Shown: positions 61,499 to 64,000 of the stretch, piece after piece | Layout of the letters: every line of letters starts with the position of its first letter | Position numbering within the stretch: position 1 is the first letter of the stretch | Origin: a virus | Virus record (IMG/VR): IMGVR_UViG_3300005529_000023 | Span: 96,001-160,000 of that record | Reading direction: 5' to 3' (one strand) | Length of the DNA: 64,000 bases | Program-made: the position numbers and the translations under genes | Notes under the pieces: generated by a model | What the model saw: the letters and a program-made list of their open reading frames with translations, nothing else | Databases searched by the model: none | What the model was told of the DNA's origin: nothing

Positions 61499-62013
61499 TA
61501 CTTTTCTCCTGGGTCCATCCAGCCGCTATGAGAACCGCCGCCCGTCTCAACGTGGTAGTAAACGGGCTTATTAAGTCTATTTGCGTATTCCTTCGCCATG
61601 TCGGTGCCACGATCGAAGATCCCTTCCTGGGGCTCCTCATCCTTGTGAAGGATCTCGGAAAGCTCAGGCAGCCATTTCCCTGGTTTGTGCTCGGCTTTCA
61701 GCGCCAAGACCACTTTGGTAGAGTGCTTGTCTCGAATGTCATAGCCAGTGTCAGCGAATAAAGCAGACGCATTGCAGTGCCATGGTCCAGTTAGTTCCAG
61801 GGTAGATCCATCCTCAAGTTTGAACTTAAGGGTTGCTCCAGCGTATCCGCGACTGTTCGGCCCACCCGAAACATGAACATTATCGGCGGCAAATTTGCCA
61901 ATGGGTACAAGCCAAATGTCGCCTGATTTGCCGATCAGTTTTTTATACACAGGTTGTACGGCCTCGTACTGACCACACTTCATAGGAGCTTCTTTTAGCT
62001 GTAGCTTTTCCAT
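61498..62013 (-). CDS. Hypothetical protein
   Basis: 171 aa; GYAGATL.FKL.DG...GPWH.N. Confidence 0.75.
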   Translation of the reverse strand: MEKLQLKEAPMKCGQYEAVQPVYKKLIGKSGDIWLVPIGKFAADNVHVSGGPNSRGYAGATLKFKLEDGSTLELTGPWHCNASALFADTGYDIRDKHSTKVVLALKAEHKPGKWLPELSEILHKDEEPQEGIFDRGTDMAKEYANRLNKPVYYHVETGGGSHSGWMDPGEK

Positions 62014-62017
62014 ATCC

Positions 62018-62215
62018 TCACCCGAAGTTCAGCTCTGGAACTTTTTCACTGTAGCCGATCTCTTTGAGGATGCGGCGCGCAATACCACGGTGAATCGTGC
62101 GGTCTTTGGTCACTGCGACATGGCGCTGCCCGTTACTCCATATCCTATGGCCGTTTACCCTGACAAGGACAAAACCAGCGTTAGTCAACAGTCTCTCGAA
62201 ATCACGCGTTTTCAT
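62018..62215 (-). CDS. hicA: HicA-like mRNA interferase
   Basis: MKTRDFERLL..AGF.LVRVNGHRIW...HVAV...I..G.ARRILKEIG. Confidence 0.7.
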   Translation of the reverse strand: MKTRDFERLLTNAGFVLVRVNGHRIWSNGQRHVAVTKDRTIHRGIARRILKEIGYSEKVPELNFG

Positions 62216-62420
62216 CGGCAATCCCTTCGATAATGGCATCGGTTTTTTCAGAATAGAAAGCATCCTCAGCTGCGATCGTCGCAAACTCGTGGATGTTCTC
62301 GTCAGTCATGGGTCGATCAGAGCAAATGATGTTGACGCTGATCAGTTCCTTGAGTTCTTGTTTGGCGAACTCGATGGCTTGATCCTGCTGTTCTTTAGTT
62401 AGTTCATGGAACCGCTTCAT
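62202..62420 (-). CDS. Small acidic hypothetical protein
   Basis: AGGAG RBS; MKRFHELTKEQQ. Confidence 0.7.
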   Translation of the reverse strand: MKRFHELTKEQQDQAIEFAKQELKELISVNIICSDRPMTDENIHEFATIAAEDAFYSEKTDAIIEGIADENA

Positions 62421-62428
62421 AATTTCTC

Positions 62429-62740
62429 CTACGAGTACAGCTTTCTGTAGACAGCCATCATCTTCTTGCGGCCCACAGGGTTTGCGGTCACGAACACGAT
62501 TTCCTTTGGAAGGAATTGAGGGTTCTCTTCCAGAAAGCACATCACGTCGTATCCAGTTCTCTCCACGAACTTGTTGTAATCTCCAAGGTCGTGATCGAGG
62601 TAGAGCAGGTCAAAAGGGCCTTCTTCTTTAAGAGCTTTAATTCCTTGATCGTAGTCGCGCGCTACATGTGTTGGCCGCTTACCATAGGTGATCTCGATGA
62701 TGTCCTCGCTACGAAGATCGTCGATCAAGAGGATCTTCAT
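62429..62740 (-). CDS. Cyclic-phosphate-processing receiver-like (cREC) protein
   Basis: ILLIDDLR...LLYLDHDLG...TGYDV...VTANPVGRKKM. Confidence 0.8.
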   Translation of the reverse strand: MKILLIDDLRSEDIIEITYGKRPTHVARDYDQGIKALKEEGPFDLLYLDHDLGDYNKFVERTGYDVMCFLEENPQFLPKEIVFVTANPVGRKKMMAVYRKLYS

Positions 62741-62973
62741 GCGGCCTCCAGCATAGGGCGATAAGCGATCTTAGAAGCCTCATGAACAATGCATTCCTTG
62801 AGGTACTGGGTCCACTGATGCTTCGTAACATACACCGCATCGGCTGGGGCAGTGAGCGCCCATTCCGCGATCCATTGGTCAAGAGACATGGACTCCACGC
62901 ACGAAAGCGCATCGACGTAAATTCTTAGCCTGCTACCTTCCTTAGTTCTCCTATTTCTCATACGTACCTCCAA
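62737..62973 (-). CDS. Hypothetical protein
   Basis: GGAGG RBS near 62961; TTGACC-17-GAAAAT promoter upstream. Confidence 0.6.
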   Translation of the reverse strand: MEVRMRNRRTKEGSRLRIYVDALSCVESMSLDQWIAEWALTAPADAVYVTKHQWTQYLKECIVHEASKIAYRPMLEAA

Positions 62974-63078
62974 CTCTATTTTCTTATTTCCCTATAATCA
63001 GGTCAAGTATTATTTTCATGGCCTCATAGACCACGTACAGACCCGCGAAACAAATAAAGAAAGCAAGTAAGTCCTTCC

Positions 63079-63243
63079 TCAAGAATATTCCTCTTCATCT
63101 TCCACGATCTCTTCTTCGTACTCGAACTCATCGTTCTCAAGAGCTTCTTGCATTGCTTCTTTAATGGCTTCGCGCACTGTTTCGTCATCGTCATCAGGTA
63201 CACGAATCTCCAACGCAACTTTTACGTGTAGCGTCTTGGCCAT
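63079..63243 (-). CDS. 54-aa highly acidic protein (not in ORF track)
   Basis: MAKTLHVKVALEIRVPDDDDETVREAIKEAMQEALENDEFEYEEEIVEDEEEYS; abuts the upstream stop. Confidence 0.7.
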   Translation of the reverse strand: MAKTLHVKVALEIRVPDDDDETVREAIKEAMQEALENDEFEYEEEIVEDEEEYS

Positions 63244-63492
63244 TTAAGCACCGAGTGTGTTGAGGAATGTGTGGATTGCATTCCTATTTTGCTCAGTCTT
63301 ATCCTTCACTTCGACGTTCGAGAACGCCTGAAGGATTACATCGAGGGTCACGTCTTCGCCCGTGGGATGTGCGAAGATCTTAAAGCTACCCACGGGAAGC
63401 TTGAGAACATCCGTCACCGTGATGTAGCGCGATTGCTCGACATCGTAGAGCTTCCTGTTCTGATACCTCTTAAACACCTTAACGTTTTCCAT
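63244..63492 (-). CDS. PhaR-type (PHB-regulator) N-terminal DNA-binding domain protein
   Basis: KVFKRYQNRKLYDVEQSRYIT..DV...GEDVTLDVILQ. Confidence 0.8.
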   Translation of the reverse strand: MENVKVFKRYQNRKLYDVEQSRYITVTDVLKLPVGSFKIFAHPTGEDVTLDVILQAFSNVEVKDKTEQNRNAIHTFLNTLGA

Positions 63493-63503
63493 TGCTTTCC
63501 TCC

Positions 63504-63986
63504 TTATTTGACAGTTACATGTCCAGGGCTAAAGTCAATAGCTTTGACTTTCCCCTTGTAGTACATGATGTTATCCCAGTGCAAGTCGCCATGGGAGATT
63601 CCGTTGACTCGAAGTTCGTTTTCCAAATCCTCCGCAAGTTTGTGCGCGATAGAGCTGTCGATGCAAGCTTCGCTTAGCATTCGACCCTTCGCATGCTCCA
63701 TTTCGATTCCCACCGCATACCTACCGTCTTGTTTTACTAAACGCACTCCGTAGCATGTGGGAACCTTGTTTGTTTTTCTGCGAGCTTTCCTTAAGAGTCT
63801 AGCTTCCTCTTTAGCTTCATCATATAAATCACTTTGCGTTGCCTCTTTTTGGGTATCAAAAACGCAACCCCCTTCTCCATCGAGAACTTTGATCCCTCTT
63901 CGAGCGGAAATCTGATAATAACTTCCATAATTGCCGCCACCTGTGCTGCAATGTCTCTTACTCAAAGTTGCAATTTTCCTAGCCAT
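63504..63986 (-). CDS. Minimal protein kinase-like (RIO/APH-type) protein
   Basis: STGGGNYG, GIKVL, IEMEH, ISHGDLHWDNIM, KAIDFS. Confidence 0.85.
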   Translation of the reverse strand: MARKIATLSKRHCSTGGGNYGSYYQISARRGIKVLDGEGGCVFDTQKEATQSDLYDEAKEEARLLRKARRKTNKVPTCYGVRLVKQDGRYAVGIEMEHAKGRMLSEACIDSSIAHKLAEDLENELRVNGISHGDLHWDNIMYYKGKVKAIDFSPGHVTVK

Positions 63987-64000
63987 GCTATCTCCTTATT

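Noticed and set aside
1-64000. CRISPR array, rRNA, integrase or group I/II intron
   Set aside because: No equally spaced direct repeats with unique spacers, no rRNA-like sequence, no recombinase motifs and no split essential gene were seen.

Overview
This window is a segment of a large lytic myophage genome (contractile tail, SPO1/Twort-like morphogenesis order, standard genetic code, probably a diderm host). It holds a truncated SF2 helicase and a phage GroEL-like chaperonin. The virion module (terminase, portal, head morphogenesis protein, inverted prohead protease, scaffold, major capsid, neck proteins, sheath, tube, a repeat-rich fibre, tail chaperones) is interrupted by minus-strand accessory islands. 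These carry a complete ABC-transporter/OmpA/PspA-like envelope operon, DNA ligase, a 2OG-Fe(II) oxygenase, a PRPS-like + NAMPT-like pair (NARP1-type NAD+ rescue) with NADAR, dTMP kinase, a lysis cassette and an early cluster with Thg1, HicA, a cREC receiver-like protein and a kinase. There are 17 tRNA genes in a plus-strand array, 2 on the minus strand and five free-standing homing endonucleases. The most unusual signals are: (i) two homologous, oversized tRNA-shaped RNAs plus other tRNA-like pieces, including a 42-nt CCA-ended minihelix; (ii) tRNAs with mismatches confined to the outer acceptor stem in a phage that encodes Thg1; (iii) an mCpol/GGDEF-like nucleotide cyclase and a 2H phosphoesterase inside the head module, both carrying the putative head-protease motif; (iv) the trans-envelope ABC operon. 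All family assignments come from motif recognition by eye; no database search was run.
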